A stretch of 64,000 nt of DNA. It comes from Thermoplasmata archaeon (GTDB lineage Archaea > Thermoplasmatota > Thermoplasmata > Lutacidiplasmatales > UBA184). Location: the NCBI GenBank assembly GCA_049802875.1, contig JBARNH010000048.1, positions 64,551 to 128,550 on the forward strand, given 5' to 3'. Below are positions 27,731-37,586 of this stretch, in pieces. Numbering within the stretch: position 1 is the first letter of the stretch; each line of letters begins with the position of its first letter. Below the pieces are notes generated by a model. That model ran no database searches, had not been told where the DNA came from, and saw only the letters and a list, made by a program, of their open reading frames with translations. A program made the position numbers and the translations under genes.

Positions 27731-28168
27731 ATGCAGGCGATCCACGAGGGGACGCGTTGGATGCTCCGACTCGACGACGGACAGGACCTCTTCGAATCGG
27801 TGGCCGGTTTCGCAGAGCAGGAGCACGTGACGGCCGCCGCGGTCCTCTTCGGGATCGGCATGTTCCGCCGAGCGACGTTCGGGTACTGGGACGGAAAGCA
27901 GTACCAACCTCATGAGCTCACGGTCCCGCACGAGGTGGTGGCGCTGCACGGCACGATCGCGCGGGTCGACGACGCCCCCTCCGTCCACCTGCACGGCGCA
28001 GTCGCAGGGCCCGATCACCGTCTTGTCGGCGGACATTTGATCCGTGCGACGGTCGGTGTGCTGCAGGAGATCGCCCTCGAGACGTTCCCGGGAAGAACCT
28101 TCGGACGCCCCCTTGTCGAGAGTTGGGGCCTCCGAATGCTCGACCTCGAGGCCGGTCCCAACCCCTAG
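27731..28168 (+). CDS. PPC (DUF296) domain protein
   Basis: 145 aa. The …HLHGAVAGPD…GGHL… pattern is typical of the PPC/PD1 domain. Confidence 0.7.
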   Translation: MQAIHEGTRWMLRLDDGQDLFESVAGFAEQEHVTAAAVLFGIGMFRRATFGYWDGKQYQPHELTVPHEVVALHGTIARVDDAPSVHLHGAVAGPDHRLVGGHLIRATVGVLQEIALETFPGRTFGRPLVESWGLRMLDLEAGPNP

Positions 28169-28218
28169 GGGCTTCCGACACGCCTTTCCGCTCGGTCGGG
28201 GTCGCGCGGGGCCCACCC

Positions 28219-31065
28219 ATGGCGACCGATGTTCCGCCGTCACTCGAAGGGATCGACCCTCGGCTGGCCGACGCCGTCCAGCGCCGGGGGATCCGGGTGT
28301 ACACGGAGATCCAACGCTTGGCGCTGCCGGTCCTCGAGACCGAGTCGGACGCCCTCCTTCTGTCCCCGACCGGCACCGGTAAAACGGAAGCGGCGCTGCT
28401 ACCCCTGCTCACCCACCGGCTCGCCCACCCGTCGCCGCCGATCTCGATCCTGTATGTGACCCCGCTTCGGGCCCTGAATCGGGACCTGGAGCACCGTCTC
28501 GTGTCGCTCGTGCGGGAGGTCGGTCTCAGCGCGGCCGTGCGGCACGGCGACACCACGGCGGCGGCACGCCTCGCCCAATCCCGTTCGCCTCCGGACCTGC
28601 TGCTCACGACCCCCGAGACTCTCCAGATCCTCCTCGTCGGGAAGCGACTGCGGGAGGGTCTTCGACATGTCCGCACGGTGGTCGTGGACGAGATCCACGA
28701 GCTGGTCGGCTCGGACCGCGGCGCTCAACTGAGCCTGACGTTGGAGCGCCTCGATGCCTGGACCGGCCGGAGGGTGCGAAGGATAGGGCTCTCGGCCACC
28801 GTGGGAAATCCGGACGAAGTGGCGCGATTTCTCTCCCCGCAACCCCGGGCGATCGAGGTCCGCACAGCACGGGAGCCTCGAGAGTTGGTCCTCACGGCCC
28901 GGCGACCGTTGGAGCAAGCGACGACGCTGGACCCAGACCTTGTTCGAGACCTCAAGTCCGACGCGACGTTCTTGGGCGGTCTGCGGGCCGTGGAGGACGA
29001 GGTCCGGGCCCACCGCACCACGCTCATCTTCGTCAATACTCGCCCGACCGCCGAGGGCCTCGCCGCGCGACTCCATCGACTCGCTCCGGACCTCGCGATC
29101 GCGGTCCACCACGGTTCGCTCTCACGAGAGGTTCGCGAAGAGGCCGAGCGGATGTTCCGCGACGGCCAGCTTCGGGCCCTCGTCGCGACTTCCTCCCTGG
29201 AGCTCGGGATCGACATCGGAGTGGTGGACCATGTGGTCCAGTTCGGCTCGCCCCACCAGGTGGGCCGGCTGCTCCAGCGCGTCGGGCGCTCGGGGCATCG
29301 AAGCGATCGCACGATCCACGGGGTCGTGATTTCGCTGGACGATGACGATCTCGAGGAGGCGGCGGTGCTCGCCCGTCGGGCCGACGAGGGCCAGGTCGAG
29401 CCCGTGTCGTGGCGCACCCGGAACCGCCTCGCGGCGGCCCAGCAGATCGTCGCGACGTTGCGCGCGGAAGGCTCGGTGGAGCGCGACCGCTTAGTGAGCA
29501 CCCTCGGAAAGGCCGCTGCGGTCGCCGACCTCTCCCGGCCGGAGTGGGACGAGCTCATCGATTATCTCGCGGGTCTCGGCCTTGCCCAACCCTCGGCCGG
29601 CCGACTGAGCTCGGGGCGCGGGACCTTGCGCCGATTCTATTCCTCGCTGTCGTTGATCCCGGACGAACGGACCTATCGACTCCGGGATATCGCCACTCGG
29701 CGCACGATCGGGACGCTGGACGAGAGGTTCGTCCTCACGCAGATCCTGGCGCAACCCGACGAGATCTTCCTCCTCCACGGGCGCACCTGGAAGGTCGTCG
29801 AGTATCGCGACGGTGAGCTGTTGGTCGAAACCGTCAACGAGATCGGGCAGGAGCCCCGCTGGGCCGGCGAGGACCTCCCGGTCCCGTTTGATGTCGCGCA
29901 GGAGATCGGACGCCTTCGAAGGGAAGGGAACTTCGAGGAATACCCCGTTTCCGCCTCCGATCGAGATCGACTCGCGGCTCGCCGGACGAACGCGCTCGCT
30001 TCGGACTCGCTTCCCACCGACCGCCGGATCACGGTCACTGTTCGTGGCCGAGTGGTCGTTTACGGAGCCTGCTTTGGCACCCGGACGAACGAGACCCTCG
30101 CACTCGCCACGGCCGGCCTCCTGACCGCCCGCCTCGGAGCCCGCACCGAGGTCGCCGCGGTTGAACCGACCTGGTTCGTCCTCGAACTGCCCGTCGCGGT
30201 CGACGCGGCGGCGCTCATCGACGGATTCTCGGTCGAGCCGGCGTCGCTCCGGCCGCTCGTGGAGCGGCTCGTGCCGTCGGGACTCGACTATCGATGGGTC
30301 TTCCTCGCCGTGGCTCGGAAGCTCGGGGTGCTGCCGGCCTCGGCCGATCCCCGCGACCTCCGTACCCTCGAGCCCCTCCAGGACGCGGCACGGACCTCCC
30401 CGCTGGGGGAAGAGGTCCTCGAGAAGACACTCCACGACCGCTTCGACCTCCCGCATGCCGAGGGGGTCCTCGCGGCCGTTCGCTCGGGAGCGATCACGAT
30501 CGTCAGGGCCGTGCCCGGTCCGCTCTCCGACGGGCCGATCGAGCGTCTCCAGTGGCGGACGTTGCCCGACACTCCCCCGCCGACCTTGCTCAAGGCGGTT
30601 CGGGAGCGCCTCGAGAAGGAGTCCCTCGTCCTCGTCTGTCTGCGTTGCGGCTTCGTCCGGACCACCACCCCCGCCCGCTACCGGTCGGAAGGGGGGAGTC
30701 GCTGCCTCCTCTGCCACGGCTCGCTTTCCGCGGTGCTCTCTCCTCGGAGGACGGACGAGGTGGACCGGCTGTCGCGCTACGCGCGGGAGAAGTGGAAACC
30801 CGCGAAACGAACCTCGACCCGGGGAAAGCGTCGGGACCGCGCTCCGACTCCGGAAGTCGAAGCCCTCGTCCGCACCGGCTACACTTCCGCCGAGCTGCTG
30901 GCCCATTACGGGGAACGTGCACTCCTCGCACTCGCCGCCCGGGGGATCGGACCGGAGACAGCCCGTCGGCTGCTCATGCGGCTCTACCGCGACGACGATG
31001 CCTTTTTCACGGAGCTCCTGAGGTCCGAGCGGAGCTACGCCAAGACCCGGGCGTTCTGGGACTAG
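28219..31065 (+). CDS. Lhr-type ATP-dependent DEAD/DEAH-box helicase with C-terminal Cys4 zinc-ribbon
   Basis: Helicase motif I SPTGTGKT, II DEIHEL, motif VI-like QRVGRSGHR, plus the Lhr-core winged-helix region. The C-terminus has CLRCGF…CLLCHG. ATG at 28219; the upstream ORF extension is discounted. Confidence 0.85.
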   Translation: MATDVPPSLEGIDPRLADAVQRRGIRVYTEIQRLALPVLETESDALLLSPTGTGKTEAALLPLLTHRLAHPSPPISILYVTPLRALNRDLEHRLVSLVREVGLSAAVRHGDTTAAARLAQSRSPPDLLLTTPETLQILLVGKRLREGLRHVRTVVVDEIHELVGSDRGAQLSLTLERLDAWTGRRVRRIGLSATVGNPDEVARFLSPQPRAIEVRTAREPRELVLTARRPLEQATTLDPDLVRDLKSDATFLGGLRAVEDEVRAHRTTLIFVNTRPTAEGLAARLHRLAPDLAIAVHHGSLSREVREEAERMFRDGQLRALVATSSLELGIDIGVVDHVVQFGSPHQVGRLLQRVGRSGHRSDRTIHGVVISLDDDDLEEAAVLARRADEGQVEPVSWRTRNRLAAAQQIVATLRAEGSVERDRLVSTLGKAAAVADLSRPEWDELIDYLAGLGLAQPSAGRLSSGRGTLRRFYSSLSLIPDERTYRLRDIATRRTIGTLDERFVLTQILAQPDEIFLLHGRTWKVVEYRDGELLVETVNEIGQEPRWAGEDLPVPFDVAQEIGRLRREGNFEEYPVSASDRDRLAARRTNALASDSLPTDRRITVTVRGRVVVYGACFGTRTNETLALATAGLLTARLGARTEVAAVEPTWFVLELPVAVDAAALIDGFSVEPASLRPLVERLVPSGLDYRWVFLAVARKLGVLPASADPRDLRTLEPLQDAARTSPLGEEVLEKTLHDRFDLPHAEGVLAAVRSGAITIVRAVPGPLSDGPIERLQWRTLPDTPPPTLLKAVRERLEKESLVLVCLRCGFVRTTTPARYRSEGGSRCLLCHGSLSAVLSPRRTDEVDRLSRYAREKWKPAKRTSTRGKRRDRAPTPEVEALVRTGYTSAELLAHYGERALLALAARGIGPETARRLLMRLYRDDDAFFTELLRSERSYAKTRAFWD

Positions 31066-32150
31066 GACGCGTTCGAGAGCATTCGGGCGATCTCTTCCAC
31101 GACCGCCCGTGGCGCGGTGGTCCGAAACCCCTCGGGTCGGGCGTGCGTTCGAGCCGCGAGGTACCCGCGACCGCGCAAGGCGGCGAGGAAGGGTGCTAGG
31201 GCGGGCGGGGTGCGGAGACCGAGGTCTCGAGCCACCCGGTTGGACTCGTAATAGAACGGTCGGTCCGACAGGGTCTCTTCCTTTAGCCGGACGACGAAGC
31301 GGGCCGTCTCGGAGGGTCGCGCCGCCGACGGGGGAACCGCGAGGCGGAGCACCAGCGCCGCGTCGAACAACGGTCCGAGCCACAGCGGGCCGTACGGACC
31401 CCGGTCTCCGACCTTCGGACCCGACCAGCCCTCGGGATCGATGATGCCGACGGGATCGGTGGGGGGTGCGCCGGCCTTCGCCACGACCGTTACGAACGCC
31501 CGTACGTGGTGGTCACGGGAGTACGCTAGCACGGGACGCACGACGCGTCCACGGCTCCTCGCCTCTCGGGCAAGGTACGCGAGCAGGATCCGCAATCCGC
31601 CCTCGGGACTCAACCGTCCCCGAATAGGGCGGGCGCCATACCGTTTCTCGCAGGCGCCCTTTTGCACGCCCGCGAGCACCATCATGTCGGTCGCGGTCAC
31701 GGCAAGAACTCCGCCGGCCCGGAGCGCGTCGAACGCCGCCGGAAGGAACGGGATCGGGGAGCCGTACGGGTCGATATCGACGTAATCGAACGGTCCCTCG
31801 ACCGGCGCCGTGCGCCCGTCGCGGAATTCCGCCGATCCCCCCGGATACCGGACCGTGTTCCGAGCGAGGACGTCGGCCGCCTCCCGGTTGGCCTCGGTGA
31901 GGGTGAATCGGTCGAATGCGCCGCTCTCGTGGAGCAGCCGAAGTCCTCGCACGCCGGTCGCCGCTGCGACCTCCCATCCCGACCGTCCCGACCCGGCGTC
32001 GGCAGACCACGCCGTCGCGAACGCGACCGCGAGATCGCGGTCGCCCGCCATCGCCGGGTTGTAGAACACGGCGGACTTCGCCCGAGGTCCCGGACCGAGG
32101 TTAGCGGGTGGTAGCCAGAGCTCCGTCCCACCTTCGCGGGTGAGGGCTAG
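31062..32150 (-). CDS. trm1: tRNA (guanine26-N2)-dimethyltransferase Trm1
   Basis: The C-terminal 361 aa of the long ORF 31062..33794 match Trm1 (…VFYNPAMAGDRDL…DPYGSP…). The N-terminus aligns to the Trm1 start, but no ATG/GTG/TTG is available there and the region overlaps the upstream gene's stop. Confidence 0.8.
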   Translation of the reverse strand, partial: LALTREGGTELWLPPANLGPGPRAKSAVFYNPAMAGDRDLAVAFATAWSADAGSGRSGWEVAAATGVRGLRLLHESGAFDRFTLTEANREAADVLARNTVRYPGGSAEFRDGRTAPVEGPFDYVDIDPYGSPIPFLPAAFDALRAGGVLAVTATDMMVLAGVQKGACEKRYGARPIRGRLSPEGGLRILLAYLAREARSRGRVVRPVLAYSRDHHVRAFVTVVAKAGAPPTDPVGIIDPEGWSGPKVGDRGPYGPLWLGPLFDAALVLRLAVPPSAARPSETARFVVRLKEETLSDRPFYYESNRVARDLGLRTPPALAPFLAALRGRGYLAARTHARPEGFRTTAPRAVVEEIARMLSNAS

Positions 32151-32731
32151 TGCGACCGGCCGGTGATCAGGTGGACGATCTTGAACGCGAGGAGGTTCTT
32201 GTTGATCGGCGTTACTTCGAGGAGTCGTAGCTCGTCCCTCCGTCGGATATCCTGGAGCAGGGGGTTCCGGGACTTCTTGTGGAGGGTCATGACGATCGAT
32301 TTCTTGGCATCGAGGGTCTCGATGACGGCCTTCGTGAACTGCTCGCTCTCGACCTCCATCTTTCCGACCTCGTCGATCACGATGACGTCGGCCGATTCCC
32401 GGGCCTCGGCCAGCGCGCGGGTCCCGATCCCCTCGAGCGCGGCGAGGTTGACCCCGTACCGGCCCGAACGGATCCTCGACTTGAGCGATTCGTGGGCGAA
32501 GACCTCGTGCTCCTTCGTGAGCCAATTGGTGATCTGGAATCCCGCGCGTCGTTGTTTTTCGACTATCGGCTCCGTGACCATGCCGCCGACCGTGACGCCC
32601 TCCTCCTCGAGGAGCTCGATGATGCGGAGCAGTGTCTGGGTCTTTCCGGAGCCGGGGAGCCCCGTGATGCCAATCTTGACCGGAGGAGAGAGACGACGAG
32701 GCATAGCCGATAACACCGTTAGTAATCGCAT
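32147..32731 (-). CDS. Nucleoside-triphosphatase THEP1 (MJ1559-like AAA NTPase)
   Basis: …KIGITGLPGSGKTQ… Walker A, DEVGKME Walker B, length ~185 aa. A likely alternative start is MPRRL at ~32704. Confidence 0.8.
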   Translation of the reverse strand: MRLLTVLSAMPRRLSPPVKIGITGLPGSGKTQTLLRIIELLEEEGVTVGGMVTEPIVEKQRRAGFQITNWLTKEHEVFAHESLKSRIRSGRYGVNLAALEGIGTRALAEARESADVIVIDEVGKMEVESEQFTKAVIETLDAKKSIVMTLHKKSRNPLLQDIRRRDELRLLEVTPINKNLLAFKIVHLITGRSH

Positions 32732-32766
32732 CTAGGGCGGTAGGCAATAAGAGCGTATCGTGACCC

Positions 32767-33516
32767 ATGACGCACTTTCGGACTCCGAACGACCTCGCGA
32801 CGCGTCCCCGCGGCGACGCGGACGCGGTGTACCCGCCGCGGGAGGACTCGCTCCTTCTGCTCCCCTTCGCCCGAGTCGAGGCGCTCACCTCGCTCCTCGA
32901 GATCGGTACGGGCACGGGACTGGCGTCCCTCGAAGCGGCTCGGGCCGGAGCGCGGGTCGTCGCGACCGACCTCAACCCGATCGCGTTACGGCGCCTCCAG
33001 CGCCGGGCCCGGGCCGAGGGACTCGACGTGCGGTTGGTTCGGACGGACCTCGCCCGCGGGGTGGGCCGGTTCGACCGAGTCCTCGCGAACCCGCCGTACC
33101 TGCCGACCCGCCCCGAGGAGCAGGACCCCGACCGGTGGCACAATCTCGCCCTCGATGGGGGACCCGATGGTTGCCGCGTGACCGCGCGGCTGGTCGATTC
33201 CTTGGCCGACCATATGACCCCGGCGGCGAGCGCGTACGTCGTCGTCTCTTCGCTCCAATCCGCGGCGGGGCTCCGGAGGATCAGTGAGCGTTGGATCGCG
33301 AGCGGAGGAGATTGGGAAGTCGTCGCCGGGCGCGACCTCGAGGGAGAGCGTCTCGAGGTCTGGCGGTTCGTCCGGAGCGATCCTAACGCGAGCCCTCGGC
33401 GTGCGCGAGCACGGCCTCGAGAAATCGGTGCCCGTCGCCGAATCCCTCCGGTCCTCCGTCCCGGGTCCACGACGGGGACTGGGCGCGGAAGAACCCACGC
33501 TCGGGGTGCGGCATGA
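32767..33516 (+). CDS. HemK/Mtq2-like class I SAM-dependent methyltransferase (NPPY motif)
   Basis: SAM-binding EIGTGTGLASL and the catalytic LANPPYLP motif. The C-terminal ~40 aa are low-complexity and overlap purQ on the opposite strand. Confidence 0.75.
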   Translation: MTHFRTPNDLATRPRGDADAVYPPREDSLLLLPFARVEALTSLLEIGTGTGLASLEAARAGARVVATDLNPIALRRLQRRARAEGLDVRLVRTDLARGVGRFDRVLANPPYLPTRPEEQDPDRWHNLALDGGPDGCRVTARLVDSLADHMTPAASAYVVVSSLQSAAGLRRISERWIASGGDWEVVAGRDLEGERLEVWRFVRSDPNASPRRARARPREIGARRRIPPVLRPGSTTGTGRGRTHARGAA

Positions 33517-34213
33517 GTCCGAAGACATTCCCTTCGGGGTTCGTCAAGCCGGCGACGTCTCCGGCCGAGCCGTTCGGATTCCATGGGTACACCGCCGGAC
33601 CCCCGTCGGGGGCCACCCACCGAAAGAGGACCTGCCCGGCGGCGTCGAGCTCCCGGAGACGTGCCGCCGGGTCCCCGGCGAGGATCAACTTCCCTTCGGC
33701 GTGGCCCGACGGGAACAGGAACCGCGTTCCCTTCGGTGTCCCTTGAAGGGCGGGAAAGGCCCCTCCTTGCCACGCGACGAAGGTCGGCCGGCACTCGTAG
33801 TGCCCCGAGTCGTTCGTCGTCAGCACTGCCTGCGGCGTTCCGAGGCGACCCCCCGGCCGCCCGGGGAGGAGCCCCAGCTCGACCACGACTTGGAAACCAT
33901 TGCAGACGCCTCCGACGAGATGGCCCGAGCGGACGAACTCCTCCAACTCGGGGCCGATCGCTGCCCGCACTCGGGCGGCGAAGATCGCCCCGGCACGAAC
34001 GTAATCTCCCGCGGAGAATCCGCCGGGGACGAACAGTACGTCATAATCGGCGAGCCGCCGACGTTCGTCCGCGCCGACCTCTCGACCCTCGAATTGTTTC
34101 AGCGAGACCACCTCGGGTCGTGCCCCGAGCGTCGCGACGGCGACGCGAAGCTCCTCGTCGCAGTTCGTCCCTTCGATAGAGAGGAGCGCGATCCGCAGGT
34201 CGCGACGGGCCAC
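33383..34213 (-). CDS. purQ: Phosphoribosylformylglycinamidine synthase subunit PurQ (glutaminase)
   Basis: Class-I glutamine amidotransferase with the catalytic GVCNGFQ Cys and the …HPER… His/Glu. Confidence 0.9.
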   Translation of the reverse strand: MARRDLRIALLSIEGTNCDEELRVAVATLGARPEVVSLKQFEGREVGADERRRLADYDVLFVPGGFSAGDYVRAGAIFAARVRAAIGPELEEFVRSGHLVGGVCNGFQVVVELGLLPGRPGGRLGTPQAVLTTNDSGHYECRPTFVAWQGGAFPALQGTPKGTRFLFPSGHAEGKLILAGDPAARLRELDAAGQVLFRWVAPDGGPAVYPWNPNGSAGDVAGLTNPEGNVFGLMPHPERGFFRAQSPSWTRDGGPEGFGDGHRFLEAVLAHAEGSR

Positions 34214-34263
34214 GGCCGCCTAGCACTCGACGGCGCTTAACCGTTCCTCGGACCCCCGGGCGG

Positions 34264-35514
34264 TCACGGGCCCGGACCGAGCGGAGGGTCGAGTCGGTAC
34301 ACGCGGATCGAGGTTCCCGCCCGGACCGATCGGCGTCCGGGCGGCAGCATCGCGTACGCGGTCGCCCCGGAGAGGCTCGTGATGACAGAGGAACCCCGGT
34401 AGGTAGTATACGCGCGGCCATTTCGGAACTCGAGCGGAACGACCGTCGAGAGCCCGGGCGTCGGGGCCACGGCGTCGCTGCCGAGCACAGCCGTCCCTTC
34501 GGTCCACCCGGGTCCCGCCCGGTGCCCAAGCTTCCGGAGCACCGGCAGCACCAGCCAGTACATGTTCACGAGACAGGAGGTGGGGTGCCCGGGCATCCCG
34601 ATGACCAGCTTCCCGTCGCTCACCGCGGCGAGCGTCGGTTTCCCCGCGCGGACTGCGATCCCGTGGAACAGGAGACGCCCCAATTTCGGGAGGATGCGCG
34701 GAAGGTGGTCCCGTTCCCCGACCGAGCTTCCGCCCGTCGCGAGGACCAGGTCCGCGGTGTGAAGCGCTCGACGGATCGCGCGCTCGATCCGCACGGGATC
34801 GTCGGGCAGAGGGGAAACCGGGAGTGGGATCCCTCCGGCCGCAACGATCACTGCCGACAGCGAAGCGTTGTTGCTTTCGTAGATGCGACCGGGCGCTTCG
34901 GGCGCTCCCGGTCGAAGTAGTTCGTTTCCGTTCGGCACGATGGCGACCCGGGGTCGGGCGAAGACTCGGACCGCGGGTATACCGCAGGCGGCGAGGGTCC
35001 CGAGCGCCGGCGGGGTGAGCTCCTCGCCGCGTCGTACGAGCACCTTTCCTCGGGAAAAGTCATGACCGGGCCGGGAGAATCGGTCGCCGCCCGGGATTGG
35101 CCGGAAGACCCGTACCCGGGACCCGGTCCGGTCGACCTCCTCGAAGATGACGACCGCGTCCGTTCCGTTCGGTAGCGCCCCGCCCGTCGCGATCTCGACC
35201 GCTTCACCGGGGCCGACGCGTCCGGGGAACGCCTGTTCGGCGAACACCTCGCCGACCACCCGGAGGTCTGCCGGATGCCGTCGACTGGCCCCCCGGGTGT
35301 CGGCGGACCGGAGGGCGTACCCGTCCCAGGTTGCCCGGGGAAAACTGGGGACCGGTTGGGGTGCACGGTACGTTGCCGCGGCGATCCGGCCGAACGCCGC
35401 CTCCACGTGGACCCGTTCGATTCGCTCGAGGGCCCGGGCCGCGCGGAGCAGCTTCCGGCGGGCGACCCCGACCTCCGTCAGTCGGCTGAACGCATGCATC
35501 TCCACGAAGTTCAA
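34264..35514 (-). CDS. moeA: Molybdopterin molybdenumtransferase MoeA
   Basis: MoeA N-terminal and MoCF-binding domain patterns (…GYALRS…, …GGSSVGERD…, GMPGHPTS). Confidence 0.9.
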   Translation of the reverse strand: MNFVEMHAFSRLTEVGVARRKLLRAARALERIERVHVEAAFGRIAAATYRAPQPVPSFPRATWDGYALRSADTRGASRRHPADLRVVGEVFAEQAFPGRVGPGEAVEIATGGALPNGTDAVVIFEEVDRTGSRVRVFRPIPGGDRFSRPGHDFSRGKVLVRRGEELTPPALGTLAACGIPAVRVFARPRVAIVPNGNELLRPGAPEAPGRIYESNNASLSAVIVAAGGIPLPVSPLPDDPVRIERAIRRALHTADLVLATGGSSVGERDHLPRILPKLGRLLFHGIAVRAGKPTLAAVSDGKLVIGMPGHPTSCLVNMYWLVLPVLRKLGHRAGPGWTEGTAVLGSDAVAPTPGLSTVVPLEFRNGRAYTTYRGSSVITSLSGATAYAMLPPGRRSVRAGTSIRVYRLDPPLGPGP

Positions 35515-35520
35515 CGAGCC

Positions 35521-36414
35521 CTATCGGACCCCCTCCAACCAGCGGGCCGCCGCTCGCGTGCCCGCCCGAAGACATCCCTCCAGCCCCTCCCCCTCGAACC
35601 ACGCCGCGTAGAATCCCCCGCGAAACGCGTCGCCCGCCCCCACGACCGAGCGGACCGTGCGCGGTCGGACCGACGGCACGTGAACGGTCCCGCTGCGACC
35701 GAACGCCGTGGCACCCCCGGGCCCTTCCGTGCGCACCACGAGCGGGACTCGAGCGAGCAAGCCCTCCGGGTCGGAGGCTCCGACCAGGTCGGCGACCCGA
35801 GCGATCTCGGACCGATTTCCGAACAGCAGTTCGACCCCCCCCAGCAGCTTCCGAAGTCGGTTCCCGTCCCAGCGGTAGTGGACCTCCTGCGCCGGGTCGG
35901 CGGCGGCGTGAAGCCCTCGGGCGCGCGCCTCCGCGAGGAGTCGCAATTGGAAGTCCGGGTCGGCCGTGGTCAAGTGGACCCAGCAGTACTCGTCCAACCA
36001 AGGACGGCGGACCTCTCGAGCGGGGCCGCCCTCCATCGGCCCTTGTTCCATCAAGGTCCGCTGTCGGCCGCGGTGATCCTCGAGAATGAACGCGGTGGGA
36101 GTCGGCGCCTCGCGCACTCGCTCGACCCCTCGAAGGTCGATATGGGCCCGCTGTAACCGATTCCAGAACCTCACAGGAAACTCCTCTCCGACCCGGGCCA
36201 CGAGGCCAGTTGCGACTCCGTAGCGCGTCGCCGAGACGGCGATGTTCGTTGCGGTCCCGCCGAGCTCGACCCGCTGGGATTCCACCGGCTCCGTCCGGTC
36301 GTCCGCGGGAAAGGACCGAAGCCGAAGGAAGCGATCGACGTTGACATGACCCGAGACGAGGAGATCCCGCGGGCGGTCAGCGACTCCGTTCGCGGGCGGC
36401 ACGAAGGACGGCAT
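35521..36414 (-). CDS. PfkB-family carbohydrate/nucleoside kinase
   Basis: Ribokinase-fold motifs …LGGTATNIAVS… and the C-terminal anion hole VVGAGDAFRGGF. Confidence 0.85.
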   Translation of the reverse strand: MPSFVPPANGVADRPRDLLVSGHVNVDRFLRLRSFPADDRTEPVESQRVELGGTATNIAVSATRYGVATGLVARVGEEFPVRFWNRLQRAHIDLRGVERVREAPTPTAFILEDHRGRQRTLMEQGPMEGGPAREVRRPWLDEYCWVHLTTADPDFQLRLLAEARARGLHAAADPAQEVHYRWDGNRLRKLLGGVELLFGNRSEIARVADLVGASDPEGLLARVPLVVRTEGPGGATAFGRSGTVHVPSVRPRTVRSVVGAGDAFRGGFYAAWFEGEGLEGCLRAGTRAAARWLEGVR

Positions 36415-36491
36415 GCGGACTCCTCCGCTTAGCGCTTCGGGAGGGACTCGCGTCGCGTTTAAGCGGTCCGGGTCCTCCGGCGGCGTCCGCC

Positions 36492-37586
36492 ATGCTCGTC
36501 GAGGGAGCGATCTTGGACATCGATGGGTCCCGCCCCGCCTATGTTCGGATCCACCGGGGCCGGGTGGTCGAAGTCGGCCAGCTCGGCACAGACTCCTCCC
36601 ACGGCCGGGAGGCGCGCGTGCGAGGGATCGTCATTCCCTCGCCCGTCAACAGCCACACCCACCTCGGGGATTCGATCTCCGTTCGTGAGCCGCCCCCGGG
36701 CCCGGTCTCGTCCCTCGTCCGTCCCCCCAACGGCTACAAGTTCCGACTCCTCGCCACGGCATCCCGCGCCACGAAGCTCGACGGGCTTCGTCGGGCGTTC
36801 GCCCGGATCGCCCGGGACGGCGTCGCCGCGGTGATGGACTTTCGCGAGGAAGGCCTCGATGGGGTCCGCCTCTTCCGCACCGCGGCGCACGGGAGTTCTG
36901 TTCGCGCCGTGGTCTTGGGTCGACCGCTCGCCCGCCCCGTTGACGCGCGAGAGCTGGCCTCGATCCTGACCATCGCCGACGGGATCGGCCTGTCGAGCGC
37001 CCTCGAGGAGACGCTCGAAACTCGTCAGGTGGTGGCTCGGACGTGCCGGGCCCTGGGGAAGCGCTACGGCCTGCATGCGAGCGAAGCGCGGCGTGAGCCG
37101 CCCGACTCGTTCCTTCAACCGCGGCCGGACCTGGTGATCCATCTGGCGAAGGCGACCGTCGACGACCTCGCCGCTGTCCGCGACGCGAGGGTGTCGGTCG
37201 CGGTCTGCCCGCGTTCGAACGCGCTCTTCGGGCGCCAACCGGACCTCCGCTCGATGGAGCGGCTGGGACTCTCCGTTCTCCTCGGCACGGACAATGCGAT
37301 GTTCCATGCTCCCTCGATCTGGCGGGAGCTCGAGTTCGCGTACGTCGCGACCCGCCTTCGCCAACGCCCCGCGTCGGCGGACTTTCTGGCGCGGGCGGCG
37401 CTCGTCGAGCCGTGGCGTTGGCTGGGCCAACCGCGGGCGGCGCGCGTGGCCCCCGGGATGCCGGTACCCCCGCTCGTCCTGCGCCTTCCTCCCGACGACC
37501 CCGCGTACCAAGTCGTGACGCGGACGACCGAACATCTTATCCTCCCCGTCACGCCCCGGAGTCGGGGTTCGGTCTCCGCGCGATGA
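36492..37586 (+). CDS. Amidohydrolase-superfamily protein (chlorohydrolase/deaminase-like)
   Basis: Metal-binding HxH (VNSHTHLGDS) and TIM-barrel amidohydrolase length. The stop overlaps the GlyRS start (ATGA). Confidence 0.8.
   Translation: MLVEGAILDIDGSRPAYVRIHRGRVVEVGQLGTDSSHGREARVRGIVIPSPVNSHTHLGDSISVREPPPGPVSSLVRPPNGYKFRLLATASRATKLDGLRRAFARIARDGVAAVMDFREEGLDGVRLFRTAAHGSSVRAVVLGRPLARPVDARELASILTIADGIGLSSALEETLETRQVVARTCRALGKRYGLHASEARREPPDSFLQPRPDLVIHLAKATVDDLAAVRDARVSVAVCPRSNALFGRQPDLRSMERLGLSVLLGTDNAMFHAPSIWRELEFAYVATRLRQRPASADFLARAALVEPWRWLGQPRAARVAPGMPVPPLVLRLPPDDPAYQVVTRTTEHLILPVTPRSRGSVSAR

Noticed and set aside
31062-33794. 910-aa ORF on the minus strand
   Set aside because: Only the C-terminal 361 aa (Trm1) are protein-like. 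The upstream 550 aa run antisense to or out of frame with the THEP1 NTPase and methyltransferase genes and are Arg/Pro-rich shadow.
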